Source: an uncultured Akkermansia sp.
Lineage (GTDB): Bacteria > Verrucomicrobiota > Verrucomicrobiia > Methylacidiphilales > Verrucolacustridaceae
DNA length: 64,000 nt
Direction of reading: 5' to 3'
Assembly (NCBI GenBank): GCA_964635945.1
Contig: CAZWQT010000002.1
Coordinates: 1,519-65,518, forward strand
Under the pieces are notes generated by a model. That model had not been told where the DNA came from. It saw only the letters and a list, made by a program, of their open reading frames with translations, and did no database searches. A program made the translations under genes and the position numbers. The first letter of the stretch is position 1; each line of letters opens with the position of its first letter. Shown here one piece after another: positions 1-10,887 of this stretch.

Positions 1-1
1 C

Positions 2-1423
2 CGTTTCCGGGGTCGGCTGGCCGGGCAGCGGGTTCGCCTTTGCGTTCTGCATAGTGCACAGACCGCAACGGAGCGCCGGGAATCCTGGCATGAGATCCGG
101 GAGGGGCGGGCCCGCGTTGTCATCGGAGCCCGATCCGCGCTTTTTGCACCGTTGGAGAATTTGGGGCTGATCGTGGTGGATGAGGAGCATGACGGGGGAT
201 ACAAGCAGGGCGAGTCGCCTCGTTATCACGCGCGGGACTTGGCGGTCGTGAGGGGTCGGATCGAGGGGGCCCCGGTGATCCTGGGAAGTGCCACCCCATC
301 CCTGGAAAGTGCGTACAATGCAGACCGGGAGAAGTACCTGCGGATTCGGCTCACCCAGCGGGTGGATGGGGCGAAGTTGCCCAAAGTCCAGATTATCGAT
401 TTACGGAAAGAGGATAAACCGAAGAAGGGTGGGCCGGTCATGTTGTCAGCGGCACTCCGGCAGGCGCTGGAGGAGCGAAGAAAAAAAGGGGAGCAGAGTC
501 TTGTGCTGCTTAATCGAAGGGGATATGCGCCAAGCGTGCAGTGCCCCCATTGTGGAAGGGTGGAAGATTGTGAGCGCTGTGCCGTCCCTATGACCTACCA
601 CCGCAGTGCGGGGCGGATGAAGTGCCACTTTTGCGATGCCGAAAAACCGGCGCCGACCGTATGCCCGGGATGCGGCTCCCCCCAACTAAGATTTACCGGA
701 GCCGGGACCGAAAGGTTGGAGGAGGCGGTGCTGGAGGCCCTGCCCGGGGTGCGCCTGACGCGAATGGATTCGGACAGCATGAAAGCACGCGGGGCGCATG
801 GCAAAGCCCTGGCCGCCTTTCGGGAAGGGAGGACGGACATTCTTTTGGGGACCCAAATGATCGCGAAAGGACTGCATTTTCCAAAGGTGACCTGTGTGGG
901 GGTGGTGGGCGTGGATGCGGCCTTGAACCTGCCGGACTTCCGGGCATCGGAACGGGTGTTTCAGCTCCTGGTCCAAGTGGCCGGACGCGCGGGGCGGGGC
1001 GAAATTCCCGGGGAGGTGTTTGTACAAACCTACACCCCATTTCACCCGGCCATTCAGTTTGCACGCCATCACGACGTCAGCGGTTTTCAGGAACAGGAAT
1101 TGGAGTACCGCCGCGCCCACGGCTACCCGCCCTTCAAGCGGGCGATTCTTGTCTCTTTTTCCGGCTCAAGTGAGGCGCAAACGGCGGCCTCCATCCGTCA
1201 TGCGGCAGATCAGTTGCGGAAACTTTGGAAAGGGAGGGTGGAGGTGCCGGAACCCGGGGCTGCGCCGATCGCCCGGGTGGAGGGGAAGTTTCGGTTTCAA
1301 CTATTCCTTTTGGTGGAAAAAGTGGCGGAATTAATGAGTGATCTTAAACGGGAGGTGCTGGCGCCTAAATGGCCAACCGGCATACGTGCGAGCGTCGATG
1401 TGGATGCGCAGGACCTGTTATAG
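2..1423 (+). CDS. priA: Primosomal protein N' (5' partial)
   Basis: Frame open from the window edge: GARSALFAP, VVDEEHD, GSATPS, four CxxC pairs, GTQMIAKG, QVAGRAGR. Confidence 0.97.
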   Translation, partial: RFRGRLAGQRVRLCVLHSAQTATERRESWHEIREGRARVVIGARSALFAPLENLGLIVVDEEHDGGYKQGESPRYHARDLAVVRGRIEGAPVILGSATPSLESAYNADREKYLRIRLTQRVDGAKLPKVQIIDLRKEDKPKKGGPVMLSAALRQALEERRKKGEQSLVLLNRRGYAPSVQCPHCGRVEDCERCAVPMTYHRSAGRMKCHFCDAEKPAPTVCPGCGSPQLRFTGAGTERLEEAVLEALPGVRLTRMDSDSMKARGAHGKALAAFREGRTDILLGTQMIAKGLHFPKVTCVGVVGVDAALNLPDFRASERVFQLLVQVAGRAGRGEIPGEVFVQTYTPFHPAIQFARHHDVSGFQEQELEYRRAHGYPPFKRAILVSFSGSSEAQTAASIRHAADQLRKLWKGRVEVPEPGAAPIARVEGKFRFQLFLLVEKVAELMSDLKREVLAPKWPTGIRASVDVDAQDLL

Positions 1424-1477
1424 ATTCTTCCGAACGTATGTGGTGATCCTGCGGCAGAAGAGTGGTAAGAAAGAGGC

Positions 1478-3025
1478 TTGAGCAGGCTGTTTCTCACCAC
1501 GGCGATTGATTATGCCAACGCCAAGCCCCACCTGGGGCATGCGTACGAGAAGGTTTTGACGGATACCCTGGCGCGTTTTGCTCGAAGAACCGGGCAAAAC
1601 GTGCGCTTTTTAAGCGGCCTGGATGAGCATGGGCAAAAAGTTCAGCAAAGCGCCGGCCAGGCGGGCAAGAGCCCGCAGGAATTTGTGGACGGCATCTGCA
1701 GTCAATTTTCCAAATTATGGAAAACCCTGTGGGTGGAGCCGGATGACTTTCTAAGAACCACCCAGCCACGGCATAAAAAACTGGTGGCCGAAGTCCTGGA
1801 CAAGCTGCACCGCCAAGGGGATATCGTGAAGGGAACCTTTAAGGGGTTCTACAGTGTCCGGGCCGAACAGTTTCTAACCGAGAAAGAGCGGCAGCCGGAT
1901 GGCACCTGGCCGGAAATTTACGGTGAGGTGGTGGAGCTGACCGAGGAAAATTACTTCTTTAAGTTGTCCAAGCATCAGGAATGGCTCCGTGATTTGATCC
2001 AGAAACAGCCTTCCCTGATTTTTCCCGAGTTCCGGGCCAAGGAGCTTCTGGGAGCTCTGGAAAAACCTCTTCCAGATCTTTGCATCTCCCGACCGAAGGC
2101 CCGGTTGGCCTGGGGAATCCCGCTGCCTTTTGACAATCACCAAGTCACTTACGTTTGGTTTGACGCTCTTTTGAATTACGTGACCGGGGCGGGAAGCGGG
2201 GAGGGTAAATTATCCGATTGGGAGCCCGCCGTGCATGTGATTGGGAAGGACATCCTGGTACCGGCTCACGGAATCTATTGGCCCTGCATGCTCAAGGCCC
2301 TCGGCCTGCCGATGTTTGCCAAGCTGCTGGTTCATGGATTCTGGACCCGGAGGAGCGAGAAATTAAGCAAGTCGACCGGCAATGTGGTGGATCCGGAGGA
2401 GCTTTCCGCCAAGTACGGGGCAGATGCCTTCCGCTATTATGTCCTACGGGAGATGGCGCTGGGACACGACGCGGATTTCGACGAGGACTCGCTGGCGGCC
2501 CGGCGAAAGGGGGAACTGGCGCATGAGCTGGGGAACCTCCTCCAGCGCACGGGGTCGATGATCGGGCGATATCGGGAAGGAAAAATTCCCGCTGTGGCCA
2601 CACCAGATCCCGTCTCCGAGGGCTTTCGCGACACCGTATTGCATGCCTTGAGGAAATGGGATGAGTTGATGCAGGGATCACAGATTCATCTGGCACTCGG
2701 GGAGTTATGGAAGGCGGTCCAGGCGGCCAATCAACTGATCGAGGCCAGGGCCCCGTGGAAACTTGCGAAGGATCCAGCCAAGGCCGATGAGTTGGATGCG
2801 ACCCTCGCGGATGCAGCCGCCGCCTTGGAACTAGTTTTGCTCGAGGCAGCCTGTGTGATTCCCCAAACCGCGGAAGCAGGACTGACCCAACTAGGTTTTC
2901 CCGGGAGACCCGGTTCGAGACAAAAGGACTGGCCGGCCTGGCCGACCGAACAGGCGGGGAGGGCTTTAGGGACCATCACCCCCCTTTTTCCCATGCTCGA
3001 GGAGGAGAGAGCCCCCCGGGCATGA
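1478..3025 (+). CDS. metG: Methionine-tRNA ligase (short form, Cys-free knuckle)
   Basis: HLGH (HIGH), [20 protein letters not shown]; TTG start. Confidence 0.96.
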   Translation: MSRLFLTTAIDYANAKPHLGHAYEKVLTDTLARFARRTGQNVRFLSGLDEHGQKVQQSAGQAGKSPQEFVDGICSQFSKLWKTLWVEPDDFLRTTQPRHKKLVAEVLDKLHRQGDIVKGTFKGFYSVRAEQFLTEKERQPDGTWPEIYGEVVELTEENYFFKLSKHQEWLRDLIQKQPSLIFPEFRAKELLGALEKPLPDLCISRPKARLAWGIPLPFDNHQVTYVWFDALLNYVTGAGSGEGKLSDWEPAVHVIGKDILVPAHGIYWPCMLKALGLPMFAKLLVHGFWTRRSEKLSKSTGNVVDPEELSAKYGADAFRYYVLREMALGHDADFDEDSLAARRKGELAHELGNLLQRTGSMIGRYREGKIPAVATPDPVSEGFRDTVLHALRKWDELMQGSQIHLALGELWKAVQAANQLIEARAPWKLAKDPAKADELDATLADAAAALELVLLEAACVIPQTAEAGLTQLGFPGRPGSRQKDWPAWPTEQAGRALGTITPLFPMLEEERAPRA

Positions 3026-3037
3026 CACGCGGGGCGG

Positions 3038-3066
3038 TTGCGCCCAAGGGCGGATTTCGGCATTTT
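3038..3066 (+). promoter_or_regulatory. Putative sigma70-type promoter of the sulfurtransferase gene
   Basis: TTGCGC-17 bp-CATTTT; GGAG Shine-Dalgarno before ATG 3090. Confidence 0.5.
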
Positions 3067-3089
3067 GTTTGGCCTATGGAGAACAAATC

Positions 3090-3947
3090 ATGAGCACGAA
3101 GTACGCGCACCCCGAGGCCCTGGTGGAGACCGAATGGCTCGCCCAAAATCTCAAGGACCCCGGCCTTCGGATTGTGGAAAGCAACGAGGATGTCTTGCTT
3201 TACGACACCGGACACATTCCCAATGCGGTGCACATCGATTGGCGGCGGGATTTGCAAGATCCTTTGGTTCGGGACTACATCAGCCCGAAGGCGTTTGCCG
3301 ACCTTTGTCAACGTAACGGAATCTCTCCAGATACGACGGTGGTCTTTTACGGGGATAAGTCGAACTGGTGGGCTTGTTACGCCTTGTGGGCTTTCCGGTT
3401 GTTTGGCCATAGCAAGGTCAAGATTCTCAACGGTGGGCGTGACAAGTGGGTTTCCGAAAAGCGGGCACTGACCCGGGACAAGGTGACCGTTCCGGCGGCT
3501 TCCTATCCGGTTCCGGCCAAGCGTCTCGATGCCGAAATCCGCGCCTTTTACGAGGACGCCCTGGCGTTCAGCCAAGGAAAAAAGCCGCTGATCGATGTCC
3601 GCTCCCCCGGGGAGTTTAAGGGCGAGGTCACGCATATGCCCGAATACCCGCAGGAAGGGGTTCTCCGGGGCGGACATATTCCCGGGGCCAAAAGCGTTCC
3701 ATGGAAGACGGCGGTCAGGGAGGATGGCACCTTCAAATCCCCCGAAGAGCTTGCCAAAATTTACCTGGAGGGTTGCCAGTTGGGTACGGACAAGGAAGTG
3801 GTGGCCTATTGCCGGATCGGGGAGCGTTCCAGCCATACCTGGTTTGTGTTGAGTTATCTTCTGGGCCTGAAAAAAGTCCGCAACTACGACGGTTCCTGGA
3901 CGGAGTGGGGCAACCGGGTGCGGGCGCCGATCGAACGTTCCGACTAG
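3090..3947 (+). CDS. sseA: Two-domain rhodanese/thiosulfate sulfurtransferase (SseA/CysA type)
   Basis: GHIPNA, GHIPGA, active-site [16 protein letters not shown]. Confidence 0.93.
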   Translation: MSTKYAHPEALVETEWLAQNLKDPGLRIVESNEDVLLYDTGHIPNAVHIDWRRDLQDPLVRDYISPKAFADLCQRNGISPDTTVVFYGDKSNWWACYALWAFRLFGHSKVKILNGGRDKWVSEKRALTRDKVTVPAASYPVPAKRLDAEIRAFYEDALAFSQGKKPLIDVRSPGEFKGEVTHMPEYPQEGVLRGGHIPGAKSVPWKTAVREDGTFKSPEELAKIYLEGCQLGTDKEVVAYCRIGERSSHTWFVLSYLLGLKKVRNYDGSWTEWGNRVRAPIERSD

Positions 3948-5896
3948 TCTGCGGAGAGCAAAGCCCCGGTCCAACCGGGCAGGGTAATGCGAAGCTCATC
4001 CTCCCGGGCGGAGACCTGAACGTCTTCCAGGGCACCGGAAGAGACAAAAGTAGGGGTGAATTTCCTTTTGAGTGAGATGTCTTTCCATGAAATCACGTGG
4101 GTTTGTGGTTCGGGGTTTCGGTTAAAGACGGCCATTTGTGGTTGTGAGCCCTCCCGAAGCCAGGCAAAAGTCCGGCCCCGGTTAGAGCTTCCGAGAATGC
4201 GTATAGGACCGCCGACCAGTTCCGGGTGCTTTTTTCGCAGGGCCAGCACTTCCCTATAAAAAGAATGTAGGGCAGGATCGAAGTTGATCTCATCCTTGCG
4301 TTTTGGTTGGCCGGCGGGGCTGATTGTCTGGGGCTCATAGGAGAGGTCCGCCCAGACCATGGGCATGCGGTCATCCGGATCATCTCCTCCCCACATTCCG
4401 GCCTCGGTTCCGTAATATAGGTAGGGAGCGCCGGGGTAAGTGACCTGAAACAGGGTGAGCATCCGCTGGAGGCGGCGCTCATCCTCCCGGGGTTTTCGGA
4501 TCAGGTAAGGCTTTTCCGTGCAACCGGCCCAGAGATCCCCATCGTAACCGAAAGCGTCCTCCTTGGCGAAATAGGGCCGATTCCGGTTTACAATCATCGA
4601 GGGAAGGCGGTCGGTGTCATGGGAGTCAAAGAGGTTTTGGTGGCGTAAGGCCTCCTCCCACGTGAATTTTTCCCGGCGGTCCTCGATCAATTGAAGAAAC
4701 TCTTGGGTGGAAAGGGTGGCGTGGACCATCCCACCCTTGATGGGCATAGCAAAGGCATAGTAGTTCATGACCCCGTCGAATTTGGCCTCGCGCATAAAAT
4801 CCTGGGCCTCCACCCAGATCTCCGGAACCGTATAGGCCAGGGGATTGATGGATTTCACGTACTCGTTCCAATCCGACCAGAATCCTGTGCCGACTTCGTT
4901 GGCCACGTCCAACCGCCAGCCGTCCACCCCGTCGGACGGGTTGCCGTCCCCATTGGGATCCATCCAGCGCTTGGTGATGGCAAACAAGTAAGCCTTCACC
5001 TGAGGATCGAGATTTTTACGGCCCTTCTCGTCCGTGACCTCGGAGAATTCCGGCATGGACTTCACGCCCCACCACCCTGCGTAGTCAAACTCGTTCCGCT
5101 CCGGGGTCTTGGGATCATCGAACTGATGCACGTGGAACCAGTGGGTGTAAGGGGAGTTTCCCTGATTCTTCTTCAGATCCGCAAAGGCAAAGAAGCTGGT
5201 GGCGCAGTGATTGAAGACGCCGTCGAGGATGACGCGGATGCCCCGCTGGTGGGCTTTCTGCACAAGGTCCAAAAACATTTTGTCCGCCGCCGTCCATTTC
5301 CAGGTGGAGGGATCTCCGGTCTCCCCATCGATCATCGCCTTGTCGCCCTCAGGATCCGGGCCGAAATGAGGATCCGCGTGGTGATAGGAGCGGGCGTCGT
5401 ATTTATGAAGGGAGCTCGACTCAAAAATAGGGTTCAGATAGAGCGCGGTGATCCCGAGTTCTTGCAGATAGTCCAGTTTGTCGATGATCCCTTGAAAGTC
5501 CCCGCCATAACGGCGGTGGTGCATAGTGCCGTAGGCATCCGGGGCCAGAGATTTTTCCCAATCGTCCATGCCATACCACTCCTTCGTCCAGGGGGTGATT
5601 CGCCAGGTGGAGCGGACTTGTTCGGGCACCCGGGAATACTCCGCGGTGGGGTCGTTTGTCGGGTCCCCATTGCGGTAACGCTCCGGGAAAATCTGATACC
5701 AAATTGCGTGTTTGGGCCAGTCACGGGCGGGAATTTCCCTCACGGCGGCGAGAGGGGGGCTGTTTTTTTCAGGGGCAGTGGCCGAAGGGGATGCCTGGTG
5801 GAGGCGGGACACATGGAACCGAACCCAACCCAGGGAACCGGCCAGAATGACCGCCCCTGTTGCCAGCAAGACCCAGAGGTATTTGTTCAGGCGCAC
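3944..5896 (-). CDS. GH13 alpha-amylase/neopullulanase-like glycosidase with N-terminal signal or anchor
   Basis: [47 protein letters not shown]. Confidence 0.92.
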   Translation of the reverse strand: MRLNKYLWVLLATGAVILAGSLGWVRFHVSRLHQASPSATAPEKNSPPLAAVREIPARDWPKHAIWYQIFPERYRNGDPTNDPTAEYSRVPEQVRSTWRITPWTKEWYGMDDWEKSLAPDAYGTMHHRRYGGDFQGIIDKLDYLQELGITALYLNPIFESSSLHKYDARSYHHADPHFGPDPEGDKAMIDGETGDPSTWKWTAADKMFLDLVQKAHQRGIRVILDGVFNHCATSFFAFADLKKNQGNSPYTHWFHVHQFDDPKTPERNEFDYAGWWGVKSMPEFSEVTDEKGRKNLDPQVKAYLFAITKRWMDPNGDGNPSDGVDGWRLDVANEVGTGFWSDWNEYVKSINPLAYTVPEIWVEAQDFMREAKFDGVMNYYAFAMPIKGGMVHATLSTQEFLQLIEDRREKFTWEEALRHQNLFDSHDTDRLPSMIVNRNRPYFAKEDAFGYDGDLWAGCTEKPYLIRKPREDERRLQRMLTLFQVTYPGAPYLYYGTEAGMWGGDDPDDRMPMVWADLSYEPQTISPAGQPKRKDEINFDPALHSFYREVLALRKKHPELVGGPIRILGSSNRGRTFAWLREGSQPQMAVFNRNPEPQTHVISWKDISLKRKFTPTFVSSGALEDVQVSAREDELRITLPGWTGALLSAD

Positions 5897-5936
5897 CTGT
5901 CCAAGTTAGCGGAGGAGCGGAGGAAAGGGCGACGCC

Positions 5937-7823
5937 TTACTTCTGCTTCAAGAGGGATCCGGTAAGGCCGGGCAGGGTTATGGACGCCTTACCCTTGGCT
6001 TGTCTGACGACGGCGTCCGAAATGGTGCCGGAGGAAATAAAGAAGGGCTCCAGGGGAGGCGCCTCGCTTCCATCGGTGGTGCCAAACTGGAAAGTGAAGG
6101 TTTGGGGGTCGGTGTTTCGGTTGAACACCGCCACCACCGTTTCCGCGCCGGTGCGGGCAAAGGAGAACATCTTGGCGGAATTATCCGCTCCAATCAGCTG
6201 GTAGGTTCCGTCCTGCAGGGGAGGGACTTTTTGGCGAAGGTGAAGAACTTCGCGGTGGTAGGCATGAAGGGAAGCATCCAAGTTGACATCATCATGACGT
6301 TTGGGTTGTCCGGCGGGACTGAGGGTTTGTGGCTCGAACTTTAGATCTTCCCACACCATCGGCATCCGGTCATCGGGGTCGTCCGCTCCCCACATGCCGG
6401 TCTCGGTTCCGTAGTAGAGGTAGGGGGCGCCGGGATAGGCGGCCTGGAAAAGTAGGATCATCCGTTGGAGCATTCGGTCTTTTGCGTCGGGTTTGCGGAC
6501 AAAGTAGGGCCTCTCCGGGTTGTTGGCCGAAACCTGGGCGTCATACGCGAACATGTCGGCATTGCCGTAGTAAGTCCGATCCCGGTTCACGATCATGGAG
6601 GCAAACCGATCGGTGTCATGAGAGTCGAAAAGATTCATCATGCGGGCGAACTGGCTCTCCGGGTATCGGGCGCGCCGGTCTTCCATGGTGCGAACAAACT
6701 CCCGGACCGGCAAAGTTCCGTCGATCAATCCGCCTTTGATGGGAATGGCGAAGGCATGATAATTCATGGCGGCAGAGAATCCGGTACGCTCCAAGTAGGC
6801 GGAGGCCTCGCCCCAGATTTCCGCAGTGGTGTAGGCGTGAGGGTTGATGGATTTCACCAGGTCGTTCCACTCCGACCAAAACCCGTCCCCAACCTTCTCG
6901 GCGACGTCCAGACGCCAACCGTCGATTCCGTCGGAAGGATCGCCATCTCCATTGGGATCCATCCAGCGCCTGGTGATGGCGAAAATATAGGCCTTTACCT
7001 CAGGATGGAGGGTTTTGCGTCCCTGGTCGTCGGTCACTTCGGAAAATTCGGGAAGATTTTTGTGACCATCCCAACCGGCCCAGTCAAATTTTTTCCGGTC
7101 CTTGGAGGCAGGGTCCGCCCAGGCCAGAATGGTGTACCAGTCCTTGAATTCTGACTCCCTTTGTTTCTCCCGAATATCCGCAAAGGCGAAAAAGTCGGTC
7201 GAGGTGTGGTTGAAAACCCCGTCGATAATGATTTTTATGCCTTTCTCGTGGGCCTTTTTAATTAGCTCGAGGAAGAGTTTGTCCGCCGCGGACCAGGTCC
7301 AGGTCGAGGGTTTGGCGGAGGCGTTTTGGAGGAGTTCAAGATCGGCGACCGGGTTCGGACCGAAAAACGGGTCCATGTGGTGAAAAACGAGGGCATCATA
7401 CTTGTGGAGGGAAGGCGCCGCAAAGACCGGGTTGAGGTAGAGGGCAGTGACCCCGAGATCCTTCAGATAGTCCAATTTGTCGATGATGCCCTGAAAATCC
7501 CCGCCATACCGGCGGTGGTGCACACTCCCGTACATATCCGAGGCAAGGTCCTTTTCCCAATCCTCCATCGCGTACCATTCCTTTTCCCATGGGGTGATCC
7601 GCCACTTGCCGCGGACATGATCCGGGACGCGACCATATTCCGCCGTGGGATCGTTTTTGGGGTCCCCGTTGCGGAACCGCTCGGGGAAGATCTGATACCA
7701 GATGGCCTTTTGAGCCCATTGGGGATCAACGGCGGTATGTCCTGACGCGGAGGGCGCTGGGGAGGTTCCGCCATAGGAGGCTAGGGCGAGGGTGAGAATC
7801 AGAGGCAGAAGAAGAAGGAGCAC
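5937..7823 (-). CDS. GH13 alpha-amylase/neopullulanase-like glycosidase, tandem paralog with signal peptide
   Basis: Same GH13 regions (DGVFNH, GWRLDVA, AEIW, DSHD); hydrophobic N-terminus; exact start uncertain. Confidence 0.92.
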   Translation of the reverse strand: MLLLLLPLILTLALASYGGTSPAPSASGHTAVDPQWAQKAIWYQIFPERFRNGDPKNDPTAEYGRVPDHVRGKWRITPWEKEWYAMEDWEKDLASDMYGSVHHRRYGGDFQGIIDKLDYLKDLGVTALYLNPVFAAPSLHKYDALVFHHMDPFFGPNPVADLELLQNASAKPSTWTWSAADKLFLELIKKAHEKGIKIIIDGVFNHTSTDFFAFADIREKQRESEFKDWYTILAWADPASKDRKKFDWAGWDGHKNLPEFSEVTDDQGRKTLHPEVKAYIFAITRRWMDPNGDGDPSDGIDGWRLDVAEKVGDGFWSEWNDLVKSINPHAYTTAEIWGEASAYLERTGFSAAMNYHAFAIPIKGGLIDGTLPVREFVRTMEDRRARYPESQFARMMNLFDSHDTDRFASMIVNRDRTYYGNADMFAYDAQVSANNPERPYFVRKPDAKDRMLQRMILLFQAAYPGAPYLYYGTETGMWGADDPDDRMPMVWEDLKFEPQTLSPAGQPKRHDDVNLDASLHAYHREVLHLRQKVPPLQDGTYQLIGADNSAKMFSFARTGAETVVAVFNRNTDPQTFTFQFGTTDGSEAPPLEPFFISSGTISDAVVRQAKGKASITLPGLTGSLLKQK

Positions 7824-7911
7824 CTCCTAAAAATGGATGCGGGAAATGTTCGATGCGAGTGCGGAATGAAGCCTCTTGTCTCCTTAGCCTGAAAAGGTCA
7901 TATTGACCGCT

Positions 7912-8673
7912 ATGGCGGTTTCGGAATCAGAGATTCATTCGAGCCCAGCCGAGCGGGCTTTGGTACTCGGGATCCGGATGTTTCGGGTGGTTGGGGGATT
8001 GCTCCTGGCGTTTTTCCTGGTCGAGAGCCTTTCCTCGCTAGGCGACCTGCAACTTCGCAATCCCACCGCGGAGCTGCGCTTTGCCTCCCAGATGACCGAC
8101 CGGATTCCGCTGGGCCTTTTGGGGCTCTCCTTGCTTCTCTGCCATCCACGTTTTCTGCGGGCCAAGCCGGAGGCGCTTCTTCTGAAAATTCTCTCCACTT
8201 TGCCAATCGTCCTGGCGTTTCTTTACCTCATCCTCATCCCGCTTACCATGAACGCGGCAGCCAACTTCTTTCGAAACGCGGCTGCGAATCTTGGGCTCCA
8301 GGCGGAGGAGCAGGTGAAAAAGGTCCGGGCGGTCCGGGATACCACGTTAAGCCTCCCTGTGGAACAGCAGGAGGCGATGGTTGATCGCTACAACCGTGCC
8401 AACCCAAAGAAAAAGCCGGTTGATTTACAGGGGTTCCTGAAAACCCTGAGCGACGAGGTCAAGGCATCCGAGGCGCGTCTTGAGCAGGAAAGGCGGAATG
8501 TTCTGGGTAGCCAACAGCGCAACCTTTACGCCTCCCAGTTTCTCCAGGCCATAAAGTGCCTGTTGGGGGCGACGGCCTTTTTTCTGGTTTGGAAGTTTTC
8601 CGGTTGGGCAAGGGCGGCCGGGCAGTCGGGGCTCGGGACCGAGTTGGGCGCCGGGCGTCACCGGCGCGGATAA
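7912..8673 (+). CDS. Membrane protein resembling cyanobacterial HpsJ family (3 TM, coiled coil, C-terminal TM)
   Basis: LQLRNPTAELRFASQMTDRIPLGLLG and FLYLILIPL recall HpsJ-like motifs; TTGTCT-17-CATATT lies 7 nt before ATG 7912. Confidence 0.65.
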   Translation: MAVSESEIHSSPAERALVLGIRMFRVVGGLLLAFFLVESLSSLGDLQLRNPTAELRFASQMTDRIPLGLLGLSLLLCHPRFLRAKPEALLLKILSTLPIVLAFLYLILIPLTMNAAANFFRNAAANLGLQAEEQVKKVRAVRDTTLSLPVEQQEAMVDRYNRANPKKKPVDLQGFLKTLSDEVKASEARLEQERRNVLGSQQRNLYASQFLQAIKCLLGATAFFLVWKFSGWARAAGQSGLGTELGAGRHRRG

Positions 8674-8677
8674 AGAT

Positions 8678-9718
8678 TTAGTTCGCCGGCGAGGGGGTGG
8701 GAGCCGGCGCGGGATCCGCTTTCACGTAGTCTGTCATGGAGCTCTTTTGTCTTTGAGCCATCCGATAGCCCATGATGTTCAGATCAAAATTCATGGAAAA
8801 GTCGGCGGGCACCGGAATATCCGCCAGCCCGAGTTCGGATGTCTGATAGTTGAAGTCGAGGCCCTTCATGGTGGCCAAAAACCAGGCCACATCCACCTCC
8901 TCCGTTAGCTTTCCCTTGGTCTGGATGATGCTGAAGTCTTTTTGGTCGATCCAGATCAGGCCCCCGACCTTGTTGATGACCTTTTCCTCGCGGGAGGAGA
9001 AGGGCTGGTCCTTTTTAGGGGTGAATTTGATGACAAAGCAGCGGCGGTCCCGGATCGTTTCATCATTGAGGCGTTGGTAGTTGTAGCGCGGCGCGATCTT
9101 GGCCATGTCCAGCATCGCATTGACCTTCTTGGCGTCCTCCATCTGTTTATCCTTTTCGTCGTCATCATCATCGTCGCCACCGCCCCCCCGGAGACCCCGG
9201 CCGGCGCCCACGCCGGCAACTTTGGATTTACCGGAAGAGTTGTCGGACTTTGAGTCGGAGTCGTCGTTGAAGTCGGCTGAATAGGTGATGTCCTTGCCGG
9301 GCTTGATTTTTGCTGAAACGGTTTTTGTTTTGTCGGGGATGACCCGGTTGTCGTCGTCCAGGCGCTCGGTCACAACCTTCAGCTGGTACATAAAGTCCTG
9401 CCGAAGATCGCGGAGTTCCTCGTCCCGACGAATGGCGTTTTGGATAATCTCACTGACGGAGGGCCCGGGGGCTTGCGCGGGTTGGTCAGATGAGGATGCC
9501 TTGTCTCCCGGTGTCGCGGGGGTGGCCCGGGCCACCGGTTCGGCCTTGGCGACAGGTTCGTCGACCGAAGAAGAAGCCGGGCGATCCAGATGCCCTTGAT
9601 CGTCCGAGGAGGTTTGGAGGCTGCCGCTGGCGTCTGTTCCGCCTTTGGAACTGATCTGGGAATGGGCCCACCAGCTGGTTCCGGTGACCGCAACTAAAAG
9701 AAGGATAAGTTTGCGCAT
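8678..9718 (-). CDS. Secreted hypothetical protein, possible LolA/MucB-like beta domain
   Basis: Signal peptide MRKLILLLVAVTG; low-complexity linker; CFVIKFTPK...GLIWIDQKDFSI pattern. Confidence 0.7.
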   Translation of the reverse strand: MRKLILLLVAVTGTSWWAHSQISSKGGTDASGSLQTSSDDQGHLDRPASSSVDEPVAKAEPVARATPATPGDKASSSDQPAQAPGPSVSEIIQNAIRRDEELRDLRQDFMYQLKVVTERLDDDNRVIPDKTKTVSAKIKPGKDITYSADFNDDSDSKSDNSSGKSKVAGVGAGRGLRGGGGDDDDDDEKDKQMEDAKKVNAMLDMAKIAPRYNYQRLNDETIRDRRCFVIKFTPKKDQPFSSREEKVINKVGGLIWIDQKDFSIIQTKGKLTEEVDVAWFLATMKGLDFNYQTSELGLADIPVPADFSMNFDLNIMGYRMAQRQKSSMTDYVKADPAPAPTPSPAN

Positions 9719-9746
9719 AAGGATGATTCCTCTAATTACCCCAAGG

Positions 9747-10829
9747 ATGCCCCACATCAAACTGTTTATCCCAGGACCCGTCGAAATCTCGGATTCCGTC
9801 AGGAAGGCCTTTGGGGGACCCATGATCGGACACCGGGGGAAGGGCTTTCAGGATCTCTACGCACGGGTACAGCCCGGGCTGCGCAACCTTTTTCAGACCC
9901 AGCAGCCCGTGTTTCTGGGGACGGGTTCGGCCTGGTCGGTGATGGAGGCCGCTCTGCGAAACTTGGTCCAAAACAAGGTGCTCGTCTGCATGAACGGCGC
10001 CTTTTCAGACAAGTGGTTTGATGTGGCCCAGAAGTGCGGCAAAGAAGCGGGCAAGGTGCAGGTGGAGTGGGGCCGGGCGATCCAACCAGAGATGATCGAG
10101 AGGGAGCTCTCCAAGGGTGGGTACGACGCGTTAACCCTGATCCATCATGAGACCTCCACCGGCGTATTGAGCCCTTTGGCGGAGATCGCCAAACTGGTTC
10201 GCGCCAAGTTTCCGGAGGTGATGCTCATCACGGATACGGTCTCCTCTTTCAGCGTGATGCCGATTCCTTTTGATGACCTCGGGCTCGACGTGATGCTCTG
10301 CGGCACCCAAAAGGCGCTGGCCCTGCCTCCGGGCGCAGCACTTTTTTGTGTCAGCGAACGGGCCTATCAGCGGGCGGAAAAGGTGAAGGATCGCGGCTAC
10401 TACTACGATTTTTTGGAGTTCCGAAAGCAGGCGGAAAGCAACATGACCCCCTGCACGCCTTCCATTTCCCACCTCTACGCCCTGGAGGTGAAGTTGGCCG
10501 AAATCGAGCAGGAGGGAATTGCCCGGCGGCATGCCCGGCATAAAAAGAATGCGGAACGGGGTCGGGCCTGGCTGGCGGCGAACGGGTTTGAGGTTTTTCC
10601 GGAAAAAGATTTTGAGTCGCTGAGCCTGACCTGCGGCAAAAACACCCGCGGAGTGGATGTCGCCAAGTGGATCGCCTGGCTGAAGGAAGCCCACGGGGCA
10701 ATATTTGACGGGGGTTACGGAAAGCTAAAGGGGCAAACTTTCCGGGTCTCCCACATGGGGGATGAAACAGAGAAAGGGATGGAGGAGCTCTGGGCGCGTT
10801 TGGAGGAGGGCCTTAAAAAGATCGGGTAG
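9747..10829 (+). CDS. Class V aminotransferase (alanine-glyoxylate/serine-pyruvate family)
   Basis: LFIPGP, HHETSTG, DTVSS, TQKALALPPG (PLP Lys present), FRVSHMG. Confidence 0.92.
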   Translation: MPHIKLFIPGPVEISDSVRKAFGGPMIGHRGKGFQDLYARVQPGLRNLFQTQQPVFLGTGSAWSVMEAALRNLVQNKVLVCMNGAFSDKWFDVAQKCGKEAGKVQVEWGRAIQPEMIERELSKGGYDALTLIHHETSTGVLSPLAEIAKLVRAKFPEVMLITDTVSSFSVMPIPFDDLGLDVMLCGTQKALALPPGAALFCVSERAYQRAEKVKDRGYYYDFLEFRKQAESNMTPCTPSISHLYALEVKLAEIEQEGIARRHARHKKNAERGRAWLAANGFEVFPEKDFESLSLTCGKNTRGVDVAKWIAWLKEAHGAIFDGGYGKLKGQTFRVSHMGDETEKGMEELWARLEEGLKKIG

Positions 10830-10887
10830 CCAAGGATGATCCGCCGGTGGAGTGGGCGAGGCGGGGGGCGAAAGAGCCCGGGAACCT

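Noticed and set aside
10830-10887. Terminator between the aminotransferase gene and clpX
   Set aside because: Only a weak 4-bp stem (GGGC/GCCC) and no U tract.
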